Source of the DNA: Podarcis muralis
Lineage: Eukaryota
Reading direction: 5' to 3'
Assembly (NCBI RefSeq): GCF_964188315.1
Contig: NC_135663.1
Coordinates: 682,001-746,000 of the forward strand
DNA length: 64,000 nt
The translations under genes and the position numbers were made by a program. How positions within the stretch are numbered: position 1 is the stretch's first letter; every line of letters begins with the position of its first letter. The notes below the pieces were generated by a model. That model saw only the letters and a list, made by a program, of their open reading frames with translations. It did not search any database and was not told the DNA's origin. Of this stretch, positions 23,810 to 36,579 are shown piece by piece.

Positions 23810-24752
23810 TAGGCGGGGGGGGGGGGGGACGGACAGGGAAGGGGGAGAACCCCATTTCCCATCCCAAACCCATGTTAGAAATTGAAGAGCTGGGGCCAGG
23901 AAGACACGCTTGAGCTTGTCTTAAAGCAGTGCTTCAAAATAATGTTACAGATAGTTTCAGTTCAGACAGACGACCTGTTTTCTGAAGTCTGTGAACCTGA
24001 AAGTTCAGGCTTGATTTTTCAGAAACCAGTTCTGATTAGAATAGTAACCTTGAATGAGGCTTGTATTTTCGAGAATAGTTTACTAGGTTGCAGCAGGATA
24101 TCAGTAAAACAAATAAATACAGGTTCAGGGTAGTCTGCCAGGGCTCCTGGGACACCTTCAGGCTCATCTCAGACGCGATTGTGGAGTCCAGAGCAAAGCC
24201 CCACTGGCACAAATGGTGGAGTAGCAGCGGTGGGAGACATCTCGGAGAGTCTGGGGGTTTTGTGGGGTGAGGCCTTCCGAAAGTAAAGGAAGGATTGGAC
24301 TCTGATAATAAAATACACACAGAGGCTTGAGCCAGCAAGACTCTAGGAGGAGTGCGTATAATAATAATTCCTCTCCACCCTCCGGCCCGGGTCGTTTTAT
24401 TCACAAAATCTGATTGGTTCTTACGAACACTGTGTAAAGTGTTCGGAAGTACCAATCAGATTTCCTCTGAGCATTTCATAAAAAACCCCACATGGGGACA
24501 AAGTTAAAGTCAAAACTACAAAGAGCTAATTTCCTACTTGAGCATGCATATGCAATTCAGAGTAAATAAAAGAGGAAGCAAAGAGGAAGCTTTTAGGAAG
24601 GTCATAAACAGGAGAGGACGGAAGGATGGCAAGGAAAAAGTATTCACCATCTCCTGTGAACTCTCTTCCTGGCCCCTAAGATCTATCTAAAGATTAAACT
24701 ACATCAAGGTAACCTACGATCTTTATGTACTGAGGATGCCTGATGAAGCAAC

Positions 24753-24990
24753 TGGCAACTGGTGGTGTAGTGGTTAAGAGCAGCAGACTCGTAATCTGGG
24801 GAAATCTCCGCTCCTCCACCTGCAGCTGCTGGGTGACCTTGGGCCAGTCACACTTCTCTGAAGTCTCTCAGCCCCACTCACCTCACAGAGTCTTTGTTGT
24901 GGGGGAGGAAGGGAAAGGAGAATGTTAGCCGCTTTGAGACTCCTTCGGGTAGTGATAATGTGGGATATCAAATCCAAACTCCTCCTCCTG
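24753..24990 (+). mobile_element. Squam3-like (CORE-type) SINE
   Basis: ggtgtagtggttaagagc head, gggtgaccttgggccagtcac core, tccaaactcctcctcct tail. Confidence 0.7.
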
Positions 24991-25305
24991 GGCTGTGTAC
25001 ATGACTTGTCAAGCAAGAGAAATAGGACAGGGAAGCAGAGGCGTGGATTGATGAAAAATCATATCAAAATGGCTCAAACCCAGTCAACGCAATGCTTTCA
25101 TTGCTGACACAAATGGCTTGCTCCATATTTTTTCTAATTCCTCATGGCAATCCCACCTGATCACTGCAGTGGGGTTCCTGCTCTCCTGTGCCGCACTCAC
25201 ACGTGGGGCCTGGAGGTGTTCCTGGTGCCGCCCCCAGGTGTCTCTTGCAGCCCTGAGAGCCAGAGAACGGGGGTGTTCAATGGGCTTCTCTCGGTCCCCC
25301 TCCAG

Positions 25306-25458
25306 GCCATCGAGATGGAGCTGCGCCAGATGGAGGTTCACCAGGCCAACCGCCACGTCTCCCTCCTCACCTCCTTCATGCCGGACAGCTTCCTGCGTCA
25401 TGGCGGGGACCACGACTGCGTCCTGGTGCTGCTGCTCATCCCACGGCTCATCTGCAAG
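25306..25458 (+). CDS. DCTN1: DCTN1 exon 16
   Basis: [11 protein letters not shown]...[19 protein letters not shown]. Confidence 0.97.
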
Positions 25459-25631
25459 GTAGGCTGCGAGCGACTGGAGGGGGTGGTGGTGTCGCCACGT
25501 CTTCCTTTCCAACAGAAACACGCCAACCACAAATGATTTAGGTCAGTAAATAATCAGGTTTTTGCTAGTCTGTTTCCTACAGAAAAAATTACGTTGTCTG
25601 AAATTTCTCACCTGAACCTGAATAATTTTTA

Positions 25632-25885
25632 CAGTCATACCTCGGGTTAAAGTTGCTTTAGGTTGAGCGTTTTCAGGTTGCACTCCGTGGTGACCCAGAA
25701 GTAACGGAATGGGTTACTTCCGGGTTTTTCCACTCGCGCATGCGCAGACGCTCAAAATGATGTCATGCGCATAAGCGGTGAGTCGCAACCTGCGTACGCA
25801 CAGACACACAGGCGCAGGTTGCATTCTGCTCAGGATGCGAACGGGGCTCCGGAACGGATCCTGTTCACATCCAGAGGTACCACTG
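25632..25885. mobile_element. pogo/Tigger-like MITE
   Basis: cagtcatacctcggg ... gaggtaccactg, TA flanks; same family as 63244 in the opposite orientation. Confidence 0.8.
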
Positions 25886-26384
25886 TATACTTTTTTAAAC
25901 ACTACCCAGTAGCATATATGGTTGCAGAAAACCTTCAACCTTCACATTACAATAGATTACAAAAATATATCAAGTGGTATTCAAACTAAGTTTTGCTCAG
26001 AATAGACCTGTTGACTAAGTTAGGACAAGGGACTCTGTTCAGAATAAAACTTAATTCAACACCAGTTTTACTTAAAAAAAAAACATTATTATTTAACTCT
26101 CCTCCTTCCCTTACAGGTGAATTAATTTTACCATACATCCCACATCCCAAATTCTCAGCAACCAGGTGCTCACTCTCCCCCCCCTCCCCCGTTACAACTC
26201 AGGGCTATACTATCTGCAGGAAAAGATAAATTAGCATTTCTAATCCTACCCCCCCCCAACCCAATAGATTTTACAAAGCAAAATAATACAACCACATCAT
26301 CTAACATCAAAATAGGCTTGGTCTTCTCTCCTGTGGTTTCCTGCAACTGGTATTATTCAGCAGCATTTTGTATCTCTGACTGTG

Positions 26385-26725
26385 GAGGCAGAGCAGAGAC
26401 TTGTTGTTGTTCAGTTGTTTAGTCGTGTCCGCCTCTTTGTGACCCCCTGGACCAGAGCACGCCAGGCCCTCCTGTCTTCCACTGCCTCCCACAGCTTTGA
26501 GAACACTATCCAACCATCTCGTCCTCTGTCGTCCCCTTCTCCTTGGGCCCTCCATCTCTCCCAACATCAGGGTCTTTTCCAGGGAGTCTTCTCTTCTCAT
26601 GAGGCGGCCAAAGTATTGGAGCCTCAGCTTCAGGATCTGTCCCTCCAGTGAGCACTCAGGGCTGATTTCCTTCAGAATGGAGAGGGGAGATGTCTCTGCT
26701 TTTTAAGATGCTGTCTAGGTTTAGC
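26385..26725 (-). mobile_element. RTE-BovB 3' fragment
   Basis: DSLEKTLMLGEMEGPRRRGRQRTRWLDSV plus (CAA)n tail. Confidence 0.85.
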
Positions 26726-26955
26726 ATAGACTAGTAGGCACCAAAAGCCCTCTCTTCCAGGAATTGCTTGAATCCTCGTTTAAAGGCGTCTCAGTTGTTG
26801 GCCATCACTGCCTCCTGCGAGAGGGAGCTCTGCAGTTTTAGGTCTGCACTGTGTGAAAAGGGCCTTTCCTTTATCCCAGATAATACTGGAGCGATGCCGT
26901 GGGGTGGGGCACGCTGAACCTCTGACGCCTCCCCTCCCTCTCTCTCTTGGAACAG

Positions 26956-27116
26956 GCCGAGCTGATCAGCAAGCAGGCCCAGGAGAAGTTTGAGCTGAAC
27001 GAGAACTGTGCCGAGCGCGCTGGCCTCCGGGGGGCGCCAGGGGAGCAGCTGAGCTTTGCTGCCGGGCTGGTGTATTCCCTCAGCCTCCTGCAAGCCACTC
27101 TGCACAAATATGAGCA
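26956..27116 (+). CDS. DCTN1: DCTN1 exon 17
   Basis: [18 protein letters not shown]...LHKYE; 161 nt. Confidence 0.97.
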
Positions 27117-27239
27117 GTAAGTCCTCCGGCCCGGGGGTCCCGGGGTCCCCCTGAAGCAGCCCCCTGAGTGGGTGGCTTCTGTGCCCCCTCCTGCCTGAGC
27201 CTGATGGCCCCAACCTCTCTCGCCCCCCCTCTTGCTCAG

Positions 27240-27408
27240 GGCCTTGAACAAGTGCAGCGTGGAGATCTACAAGAAAGTGGGGACCCTGTACCCCGAGATG
27301 AGCGTCCACGAGAGGTCCCTGGACTTCCTGATTGAGCTGCTGCACAAGGACCAGCTGGATGAGACCGTCAATGTCGAGCCCTTGACCAAAGCCATCAAGT
27401 ACTATCAG
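27240..27408 (+). CDS. DCTN1: DCTN1 exon 18
   Basis: [14 protein letters not shown]...LTKAIKYYQ. Confidence 0.97.
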
Positions 27409-27933
27409 GTGAGGGGGCCCTGCCCCCCAGGACCACAGCAAGGGGAGCCCGCGTCACGCTGATTTATGCTGGGAAAGGGGGTGGGCATTTCATGAAATCC
27501 TCTAGCCCCACCTCCTGGCTGCCCTCTCTCAATTTTGGCCAGGCACTCCCCCCCCCAAAAGGTAAAGGGGCTGTTCCCCCATCCCCATAATTCAAGCCCT
27601 GGCTGCACCTCCCCCCAGTGCCAGGAAAAGACTGAGAGTGTGGAGCGGCTGGGGCTCCTTTAAGAGCCCAGGGCCGCCAAGCCTGCTTCCCAGAAGGGCT
27701 GTCTGCAGAGTCCGGTCCCGCCATGCTGCTGCGCTGGTTTCTTTCAAGGATGGGTGCCCTTCTGTTTGCTGCAGCTCTCCTGGTGGTGGCAAGATCAACA
27801 GAGGGCAAGGCCGGCATGTTGGGGGGGGGGGCAAGGCCCTCTGGCTCTGCTTTGGCTGAGGTGGATTGAAAGCCAGTTGGAGCTCAGCAGCAGAGGTGCC
27901 CCCCCTCACTGTTCCTCCTTCTCTCCCTTCCAG

Positions 27934-28002
27934 CACCTGTACAGCATCCATCTGGCTGACCAGGCGGAGGAATGCACTATGCAGCTGGCTGACCACATCA
28001 AG
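27934..28002 (+). CDS. DCTN1: DCTN1 exon 19
   Basis: HLYSIHLADQAEECTMQLADHIK. Confidence 0.97.
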
Positions 28003-28156
28003 GTGAGCAGGTGGTGTTTGTGGCTCTCCCCGTCTCCTCATAGGCTGAAAGAGGCAGAGACTGGCCCCCAAGGTCAGTGGGGCAGTGGGGGGGATTTGAA
28101 CCCTGGTCTCTCCCAGCTCTCTCTCTCTCACTCTCCCTCACTCACACACACACACA

Positions 28157-28302
28157 CAGTGCTTTTTTCTTAACAAAATGTTTAGGGATACTCTCATTTT
28201 CCTACTCACATTGAAAAACTTCTCCTCAATGAGGCCAAACTTAAATTCACAAAATGTTTAGGGGTATGCGTCCCCTTGTGTCCCCCCAGAAAAAAAGTTC
28301 TC
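28157..28302. mobile_element. Degraded hAT-like MITE
   Basis: cagtgcttttttc start with a degenerate gaaaaaaagttc end. Confidence 0.45.
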
Positions 28303-28498
28303 TCTCTCCCTCTGTGTGTGTTTCAGAACAATCACACACAAAAAATATGGAGTGAAACCATGCTGTATTCAGAACCCCGCAAAATCAGTCCCCCCTCCCC
28401 AGGGAGCTTGACATCATCAGCCCCATCCCAAGCCACATCTTCCTAGGCCTTGGCTGCCCTGCGCAGGCCCAGGTAACGGTGCCTTTGCTTGCTTGCAG

Positions 28499-28561
28499 TT
28501 CACCCAGAGTGCCTTGGACTGCATGAGTGTGGAGGTGGGCAGGCTGCGGTCCTTCCTGCAG
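28499..28561 (+). CDS. DCTN1: DCTN1 exon 20
   Basis: FTQSALDCMSVEVGRLRSFLQ. Confidence 0.97.
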
Positions 28562-28670
28562 GTAAGCCCATCCGCCCCCCGCCCCCAGGAGGCAGCCAGG
28601 TGGGGGTCTCCTTGGCGAGGCTGCTTGCCCCAGCCGTGGGTCCTGACGTTGCCCTTCTTCCCGCTTTCAG

Positions 28671-28820
28671 ACCGGGCAGGAGGTGTCCGATTTTGCCATC
28701 CTCCTGAAGGACCTGGAGACCTCCTGCAGCGACATCCGGCAGTTCTGCAAGAAGATCCGGCGCCGCATGCCTGGCACCGACGCCCCCGGCATCCCTGCAG
28801 CGCTCGGCTTTGGGCAGCAG
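28671..28820 (+). CDS. DCTN1: DCTN1 exon 21
   Basis: [35 protein letters not shown]...FGQQ. Confidence 0.97.
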
Positions 28821-28937
28821 GTGGGTCGCCCGGCCCGGGACAGAGAGCTGGGCTTCCAGCCCCCTTGAGGGAGTAACGTGCCCCTTTCCCCGAAGCTGAG
28901 CGCATGGCCTCCTCTTGACCCTGCTCTGATCTCCCAG

Positions 28938-29099
28938 GTCGCAGACACGCTGCTGGATTGCCGCAAGCACCTGACGTGGGTGGTGGCTGTGCTGCAGGAG
29001 GTGGCGGCTGCAGGGGCTCAGATGATTGCCCCTCTGACGGAGAACGAGGGTCTCCAGGCCGTGAAGCTGGAAGACCTGGCCTTCAAGGCCAGCGAGCAG
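28938..29099 (+). CDS. DCTN1: DCTN1 exon 22
   Basis: [16 protein letters not shown]...AFKASEQ. Confidence 0.97.
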
Positions 29100-29235
29100 G
29101 TAAGGGGCCTCCGCTGCATTTGGCTGCGTCTGTCAGTGGGCAGAGCAGGATCCCCTGGAGAATCACCGGGGGGGGGGGGTGTGCGGCTGCTGCAGGTTGG
29201 CAGGGTTAAATCCTGGCTCACACACAGCTACTAAT

Positions 29236-29453
29236 TGATTGATTGATTATTGCACTTGTATCCGCCTTTTTCCTCCAAAGAGCTCAAGGGGGCGTCCGTG
29301 ATTCTCCCCCTCCCCATTTTGTCCCCACAAGGATCCTGTGAGTGTGTGGCTGGTCTGGAGTCACCCAGGGAGCTTCCTTGCTGAGCAGGGATTTGCTCGC
29401 TGGCCTCCCAGGTCCTAGATGGATGCTCTAACCACTACACCCCCAGTGGCTCC
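29236..29453 (-). mobile_element. CORE-type (MIR/Squam3-like) SINE
   Basis: Reverse head taaccactacacccccagtggctcc. Confidence 0.55.
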
Positions 29454-29494
29454 AAAGTATTGCTGCTTGGCTCCCTTGAGCAGTTGCCTCGGTA

Positions 29495-30425
29495 GTGGAC
29501 TGGATGAGAGCCAACAAACTGAAGCTCAATCCAGATAAGACGGAGGCCCTGTTAGTGGGGGGTTTGCTTCCCTAGACCGGATGGCTGAGAGGTCACTTGC
29601 CTTCATGGGGTCACACTTCCTCTGAAGGAACAGGTTCGTAGATTGGGGGTCCTCCTGGATCCTTTGCTGTCACTCGAGGCTCAGGTGGCCTCAGTGGCCC
29701 GGAGTGCCTTCCATCAGCTTCAGCTGGTGGTCCAGCGATGCCCCTTTCTGGACAGGGATGGCCTAACTACTGCTGCCTATGCTCTCAAGGTTAGATTACT
29801 GCAATGCGTTCTACATAGGGCAGCCTCTGAAGATGGTTCAGAAACTTCAGCTAGTGCAGAATTCAGTGCCAGGTTGCTCACCAGGGCAAGACTTATTTGA
29901 GCACATTACACTGATCCTGGTCCGACTGCACTGGCTACCAGTCAGTTTCCGGGTCAAATTCCAAGTGCTGGTTTTGATCTCCGAAGCCTTAAACTGTTCA
30001 GGACCGCAATACCGCAAGAACCGCCTCTCCCCATATGAACCTACCTGGGTCCTGAGATCATCTTCTGAGGCCCTTCTACATGTGCTTCCTCCTCAAGAGG
30101 TGCAGAGGGTGGCAACATGAGAGCAGGGCCTTTTCTGCAGTGGCTCCCTGTCAATGGATTTCTCTCTCCAGGGAAGTTTGCCTGGCAGCTTCATTATACA
30201 CCTTTAGGCACCAGGCAAAAATGTTCCTCTTCAACCAGGCCTTTGATTGATTTGATTGACATCCGGTGCCTTTTAAACTGTGGTGTTATTTGGGGGGGGT
30301 GTTATTGGGTTGTTGTCTTTATTTTGATTGTGTATTTTGTGGTTTTATATTTTGGTTTTGTCCTGTGAACTGCCCTGAGACCTCCAGGTATAGGATGGTG
30401 TATAAATTCAATAAATAATAATAAA
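29495..30425 (+). mobile_element. L2 LINE 3' fragment, about 0.9 kb
   Basis: WMRANKLKLNPDKTE, SRLDYCN and LHWLPV motifs; (ATA)n tail. Confidence 0.9.
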
Positions 30426-30707
30426 ATGATAATAATTGGACAGCACTATGGGGGCTGAGGGGCTGTTGGGCTAAGGAACCTCCCTCTGCACCTCCTCAGT
30501 ACAGAGATCTTGGAAGCTCCCCTGCTCTCCCAACTGGGCCAGGCCTGGCCTTTCTCCCCGGTTCTCCCCAGGCCTGGGGAGGCTGGCCCCTTCCTCTTCC
30601 GTTGCTGCCGATTAGGGCTGGGGAGCTCCCTGCAGACCTCAGCCCGGGATCAGCGCCTCCGAGGAACGTGCATTGGCATCCTCTGGACCTGCCCAATTCT
30701 CTTCCAG

Positions 30708-30839
30708 ATCTACGGCACGCAAGGCATCAACCCCCACGAGTGCCTGCGGCAGTCCTGCAACATCCTGATTGCCACCATGAACAAGATGGCCACGGCCATG
30801 CAGGAGGGCGAGTACGATGCAGACAAGCCTCAGGCCAAG
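30708..30839 (+). CDS. DCTN1: DCTN1 exon 23
   Basis: [20 protein letters not shown]...DADKPQAK. Confidence 0.97.
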
Positions 30840-31256
30840 GTGAGCCTGCGCAGAGAGAGGGCAGAGAGAGCTGGCCTCACCCGCCAGCCACCAGCCAGGC
30901 ACTTGCGGGCAGATTCCCCTGGCTGGTGCTTGGCTAACGGGGCCAGCCTATTGGTTGGGAGAGGGTGTCTGTGCCCCAGTGAAAGCCACTCCTTTTCCAG
31001 CCCCATTTTAAATGGGGTCTCAGGTGGGGAGAGGGTTCTGCTTGCAGGAGCCTCAGAGGCAGGGGGGCAGCTACTGTGGGAAGGAGGATGCTGGCTTCCA
31101 TGCTGGGACCCCCTTGGTCTGCTTCCTCGCACTGCCTTCCTTGCAGCTGAATCCTTTGAGGAGGAAGGAAGGTGTGGGGCCTTCCCCTGGCCTTGGGAGG
31201 GGTTCATTGCATGCTCTGTATCTCAAGACGCCTCCCAGAACCTGGTCCATGTCTGA

Positions 31257-31418
<162 letters not shown>

Positions 31419-31665
31419 TAAGGAGCTGCCTCTCCCCGGGAGCAGGTGGGGCTGGGAAGGCTCTGCCACGGGGAGGGTGCCCAGTCTCCCAGGGGGCTGC
31501 TCCAGAGGTGGGTGGCCGTGGGTGGCCCTGCTCCTGCTGCCTGGCTCCAGAGGACATGGAGCGTCAGCGGAGAAGAGCTCTTGGGGTCCTCCTGCGGGTG
31601 CCCCGTCCCCAGAGGCCTGGCCGTCCTCGTTCCCACAAGCGCCCTTCCTCCCTCCCGCTGCCCAG

Positions 31666-31808
31666 GGTGAGGAGCTGAGCGAAGCCAACGTCCGCCTGAG
31701 CCTCCTGGAGAAGAAACTGGACAGCTCCTCCAAGGACGCGGATGACCGGGTGGAGAAGATCCAGACCAAGCTGGACGAGACCCAGGCTCTGCTGAAGAAG
31801 AAGGAGAA
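31666..31808 (+). CDS. DCTN1: DCTN1 exon 25
   Basis: [19 protein letters not shown]...LLKKKE. Confidence 0.97.
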
Positions 31809-32325
31809 GTAAGCGGGAGGCGGGGAGTGGAGGAGGAAGTGGGGTGTCCTCTGAGGATTGACAGATGTAGGAGACGCTGGCTGGCATCTTCTGTGCCAAA
31901 CTCACATCCTCTTGTGTCCTCTGAGCTTGCCTACACACAGATCGGGTCTTGCCAGGCGTAGCCAGGGCTCTGTGGGCTCTGTGTGCCCAGGGATTTCAAG
32001 ACCAAGACTGGATCTGCTCCCTGGCACAGCACCTGGCATCCTGGAGACCTTGGCCTTTGCCTTCTGTGTCCCTTGTGATGGTAGAGCTTGGTTTCAGACA
32101 GCTTCCTCATCCCCTCCTTGTCCGCCTTCCTCTGCCCCCTTCGCTCTGCTCTTTTGCCCAAAGGTCAACTGGGGCTGTTTGATTTCTGGACACTGCTGGC
32201 TTCCACGAATGACCCAGACAGACTTAATGGGCAGCTCAGCTCTGGCCTTGAGATGCACATGGCTGTGTGCTCACACCCAGAGAAGTTTGGGACTGATTGG
32301 CATTGTTTCCTGGCAAAGAGTGGGG

Positions 32326-32480
32326 AGGGTCCCATAGCTCAGTGGTCGAGCCTCAGTCCCCAGTGGCATCTCCAGGCAGGGCAGGTGGGAGAGAACTCTC
32401 TCTGAAGTCCCAGAGAGCAGCTGCCAGTCAGTGTAGTGATGCTCAGCTGGACCAGTGGTCTGGCTCAGAATAAGGCAGTT
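32326..32480 (+). mobile_element. Squam2-like SINE, internally deleted
   Basis: catagctcagtggtcgagc head; gctgccagtcagtgtag body. Confidence 0.55.
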
Positions 32481-32554
32481 TTGTGTGTTTTTATAAATGG
32501 CAAAGGAAATGCAACAGAAGTCGAGTGTCCAGATCAAGGGAAGAGTTCCTCTCT

Positions 32555-32722
32555 CTTCTGCTTTAGTCAGACCCTGCCTGGAATACTGTGTCTAGTTGCT
32601 GAAAGCCGCCCAGAATGGCAAGCCAGTCAGATAGGCGGCATGTAAATAATAAAATTATTAGTCCTAGGCACCACAATTTAAGAAGGACGTTGACAAGCTG
32701 GAACGTGTGCAGAGGAGGAGGG
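32555..32722 (+). mobile_element. Old CR1 fragment
   Basis: ctggaatactgtgtc and gacaagctggaacgtgtgcagaggagg match the CR1 at 42499. Confidence 0.6.
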
Positions 32723-32769
32723 CAACCTAGAAGGGTCTTGAGTTCCTCTGTATCTTTCTCCCTCCGCAG

Positions 32770-32936
32770 GGAGTTTGAGGAGACGATGGACGCCCTGCAA
32801 GCAGACATTGACCAGCTGGAGTCCGAGAAGCAGGAGCTGAAGCAGCGGCTCAGCAACCAGTCCAAGCGCACCATTGAGGGCCTCCGTGGGGTCGGTCCCT
32901 CGGGAGTGGCTTCCGTCATCTCTGGCATCACCGGAG
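32770..32936 (+). CDS. DCTN1: DCTN1 exon 26
   Basis: [20 protein letters not shown]...SGITG. Confidence 0.97.
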
Positions 32937-33710
32937 GTGAGCCCTCGGAAGCATGTGTGGATGCTTTGGGGTGGGGAGACTGCAGGGGAGAGACGCCCCG
33001 AGAGTCTTGGGGTGCTGGAGGGCCAGCAACTCCAGAGAAGCTGGTGGACGCAGGGGCTGGAGGAACCTCCTGGACTCCCTGCCTGCCAGTTGTTCCTTCC
33101 TTGTTGCTGGGGCAGCCCTGGGCAGCACAGTTTGCAGGGGCACGTTGCTTCCTGCTCCCCCTTTATTTCCACTTCCTCCATTTCCCAGCAAGAATCTCCC
33201 CACCCTCCTCTTTTTCCCTTCCCTTGCTGATCCAAAAGAGCCAGGGATTTGGGGAGGGAGGCTCTAGGGTCTAGGCTTTACACTGCTGAGTTCACAGCCA
33301 CCGGCCTCGGAAGCCCTTTCCCACTGCAACTCCTGCTTGGAGCGCTGCAGAGGCGATGCACAGAGGATCACTTCGCCACCTTTGCCCAGAGCTGCAAAAT
33401 TCTGCCCTTTTGGATGGTGAATCTCAAATCCAAACTCACGGAGATCCACGGGGTTCTTTAGACCGCGAATCTCAGAGTTCTGAGCCTGCTGCAGGGGATG
33501 TTCCAGGCTGGAGTGGCTGTCTCTAGGGAGGGGTTTGCTTTGAGCTGAGGCCACCGGACTCACATTCACATGCCGCACTGCCTTTCAGAGATCTCTACCC
33601 ATTAAAAGAGGGCTGATCTGCTCAAGCTGCGCTGGGCTGGGGAGGGTCAGTCAGTGAAGCTTCTGCACCTGGTTGTGGGTTCCCTTGTGCTGGCGCTGCC
33701 CTCTTTTTGT

Positions 33711-34173
33711 TCATAGAATCATAGAATCATAGAATCCTAGAGTTGGAATAGACCACAAGGGCCATCGAGTCCAACCCCCTGCCAAGCAGGAAACACCATC
33801 AGAGCACTCCTGACATCTGGTTGTCAAGCCTCTGCTTAAAGACCTCCAAAGATGGAGACTCCACCACACTCCTTGGCAGCCAATTCCACTGTCGAACAGC
33901 TCTTACTGTCAGGAAGTTCTTCCTAATGTTTAGGTGGAATCTTCTTTCTTGTAGTTTGGATCCATTGCTCCGTGTCCGCTTCTCTGGAGCAGCAGAAAAC
34001 AACCTTTCTCCCTCCTCTATGTGACATCCTTTTATATATTTGAACATGGCTATCATATCACCCCTTAACCTCCTCTTCTCCAGGCTAAACATGCCCAGCT
34101 CCCTTAGCCGTTCCTCATAAGGCATCGTTTCCAGGCCTCTGACCATTTTGGTTGCCCTCCTCTGGACACGTTC
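33711..34173 (-). mobile_element. Young CR1 LINE 3' fragment
   Basis: Uninterrupted [26 protein letters not shown]2 C-terminus; (ATTCTATG)n-type tail. Confidence 0.93.
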
Positions 34174-34481
34174 AGTGATTCACACGAGCTGCTTCTGGGT
34201 CTTTTTTCCTCCCACATGCCCCGGGGGGCTGTGTGACCTTCCTCCAAACCTGGGGGGGGGGCTATTGTTTTTTCCTGAAGGGCTACAGAGCAAGGGAGCC
34301 CCCGTGGCATGCTTGGTGTCCCAGTGCCCTTGAGAAGAGGTGGCCCATCGTGGCTCACAAAAGCAGGTTTGTCGTGTAGTCCAGAGAAGCAAACCCAGAG
34401 AAGCTGCTGTTTTTCCTGCCTTCTCTCGGACGCCTCTCCTAATTTCTGCTCCTTCTCGTCTCTTCCATGCTTCCGCTGCAG

Positions 34482-34496
34482 AGGAACAGCAGAGAG
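34482..34496 (+). CDS. DCTN1: DCTN1 exon 27, 15-nt microexon (EEQQR)
   Basis: ctgcag|AGGAACAGCAGAGAG|gtacag; phase 1-1; matches human EEQQRG. Confidence 0.9.
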
Positions 34497-35215
34497 GTAC
34501 AGTGGCATGGCCCAGGTGGGGCTGCTGGGGTCACCTGGGGCCAGGAATCTCCCGAGGACACAAGGGGGACTCTGAGGCTGCCTTTGGGGGCAGAGGGGAA
34601 TCTCTGACGGCTGCGAGAGTTGTTTCCCCCTATTCCCAGCCTGAGGTGGTTTTTGTGTGTGCCAAGGAAGGGGGGGGGGGGAATACAGCAAGGTCGCATG
34701 CCAGGGTGCAAAGCATGTGTGTGACAGAACATTTCTCCAGCCCGCCCATCCTCTGCTGCAAATGTCTCGTCACCCCCCTGTGCTTGGAAATGAGCCGGGC
34801 TCTGGGGAGGCTGGGCTGGGGCTTCAAGGGGTCTGGTCCAATTTGAGTGCCTCCCTAAGGAAGCACGGTGAGGCTGGAGACCTGTCTTGGTCCCCCACAT
34901 GCATGAGGTGGGGGCTCTTTCTGAAGAGTGTTCGGCATGTTGTTGCATATATTTGTACAAAACTGCGTTTTCTGCCGCTGGCTGCATGTTCCCATGTGTT
35001 TTCCTGGGCCTTCAGCTCTTGTCTCCTCCTGGGCTCAGCTCAAGTCTTGTGGTGCCCTGATGCAGGCGCATCCTGCCTTTCCCTGACCCATGGCAGAGCA
35101 CCTCTTGTGCCAGGATGCAGGTGGGAGGCTCCTTCTGTGAGCTCCCCATGGAGCAGTCCAGGCATGCGCTGCGCAGGGGCATCTTGTTCTGACAGCGCTG
35201 CTCTTCTCTTTGCAG

Positions 35216-35349
35216 GTGTGGGTGCTGGCCAGGTGATGATGGCCGGCTCAGGCCCTGTGCAGGTCAAGGACTCCCCTCTCCTCCTCCAGCAGATCGATGC
35301 TATGCAGCTGTCCATCAAGCATCTCAAGAACGAGAACAACCGCCTCAAG
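35216..35349 (+). CDS. DCTN1: DCTN1 exon 28
   Basis: GVGAGQV...VKDSPLLLQQIDAM...ENNRLK. Confidence 0.95.
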
Positions 35350-35774
35350 GTGAGCGGGGGGGGGGGGGCTTTCCTGCTTGCAGCTCCAGCCCAGCATTCC
35401 CTGGCCGGAGGGAAGGAGCCCTGCAGGCGGGGGGGGGGGGGAGGAGCAGAGGGGGGTCTCTGAGGCTGATGCCTGCTTTGAAATGGACAGAAGAAGCAGC
35501 AGACTCTGGGATGGAGCCCCATTGCCCCACACTCTTGCTCTCCGCAGGCTGTGGGACCCCAGCCACCCTCACCTTTGTGGACATTATATTGTTGCTGTTG
35601 CTGTTGCTGCTGTTGTTATTTATTAGTATACCGCTCTTCCTCTGTAGAGCTCTGGGCACTTCACAGCATAAAAATACAAGACAGAAACACAAAATACATT
35701 ATAAAAACAAAACACTCCCCATGTCATGCAGGAATCCCAGGCACCAAGGAAGACCTGTCAAAGGGAGACTTATT

Positions 35775-35835
35775 TCCTTCCTTCCTTCCTTCCTTCCTTC
35801 CTTCCTTCCTTCCTTCCTTCCTTCCTTCCTTCCTT
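35775..35835. repeat. (TTCC)n microsatellite
   Basis: Direct reading. Confidence 0.95.
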
Positions 35836-36295
35836 CCTTCCTTCCTTCCCTCCTTCCCAGCTCCCTTTCCACACGCCTCTCTTCCATGTTGCTTCACGAC
35901 CCCTCCCTGCACAATTTGACCGGCTGCATCTCTGGTTCTGTCCTCCTTTGTCGTGGAGGGAGTGTGAGGAATGCCTGGGCTGGTTTGGGGGCCAGGCGTG
36001 AAAGAAACAGACTCTTCCTGACCGTTCCTGGAGATCCAAGGAGATTTTTATTATTGTCTTTGTTTTTAAAGGATCTTTTAATCATACATTAATTCTGTCA
36101 GTGTTTTAGTTCTTTTTTTAAATGAATGTATTTTCTATGTTTTTAGCTTGTTTTATTCAATGAGTAAGCCACCTTGAGTCCTGGGCTGGGAAGGAGGCAG
36201 GATATAAATTCATGTCATAATCAATACAATAAGCTGCCCAGAGCAACTGCTTTTTTTGGGTGGGGCTGGAGGTTGCTTGTGCCCCTTTTCGTTTG

Positions 36296-36296
<1 letters not shown>

Positions 36297-36340
<44 letters not shown>
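36297..36340. repeat. (GT)n microsatellite
   Basis: Direct reading. Confidence 0.95.
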
Positions 36341-36341
<1 letters not shown>

Positions 36342-36389
36342 AAAGTGGCTGGCTTGAGCCCTTCTATTCCTCCCCCTCCTCCTCTCCAG

Positions 36390-36579
36390 GGAGCCCAGAT
36401 GAGGCGGGAGCTGGCCTCGCTGACCCCGCTGCGGGTGCCCAAGCTGTCTCTCGCCAAGGATAGGCAAGGGGAGGAGGTGGTCTCCAGCTCCCTCTACCGC
36501 AAGACCAGCCAGCTGCTGGAGACCCTTCACCAGATGAGCGCCAACACCAAGGTGGTGGACATCACGCGGCAGAGGACAG
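36390..36579 (+). CDS. DCTN1: DCTN1 exon 29
   Basis: [11 protein letters not shown]...[12 protein letters not shown]...VVDITRQRT. Confidence 0.96.

Noticed and set aside
34657-35463. 268-aa plus-strand ORF containing exon 28
   Set aside because: Clear acceptor at 35215 and donor at 35350; flanks lack DCTN1 similarity. It also shows that long frames can arise by chance here
35469-36092. ORFs with FLPS or RKEG repeats
   Set aside because: Translations of the (TTCC)n microsatellite
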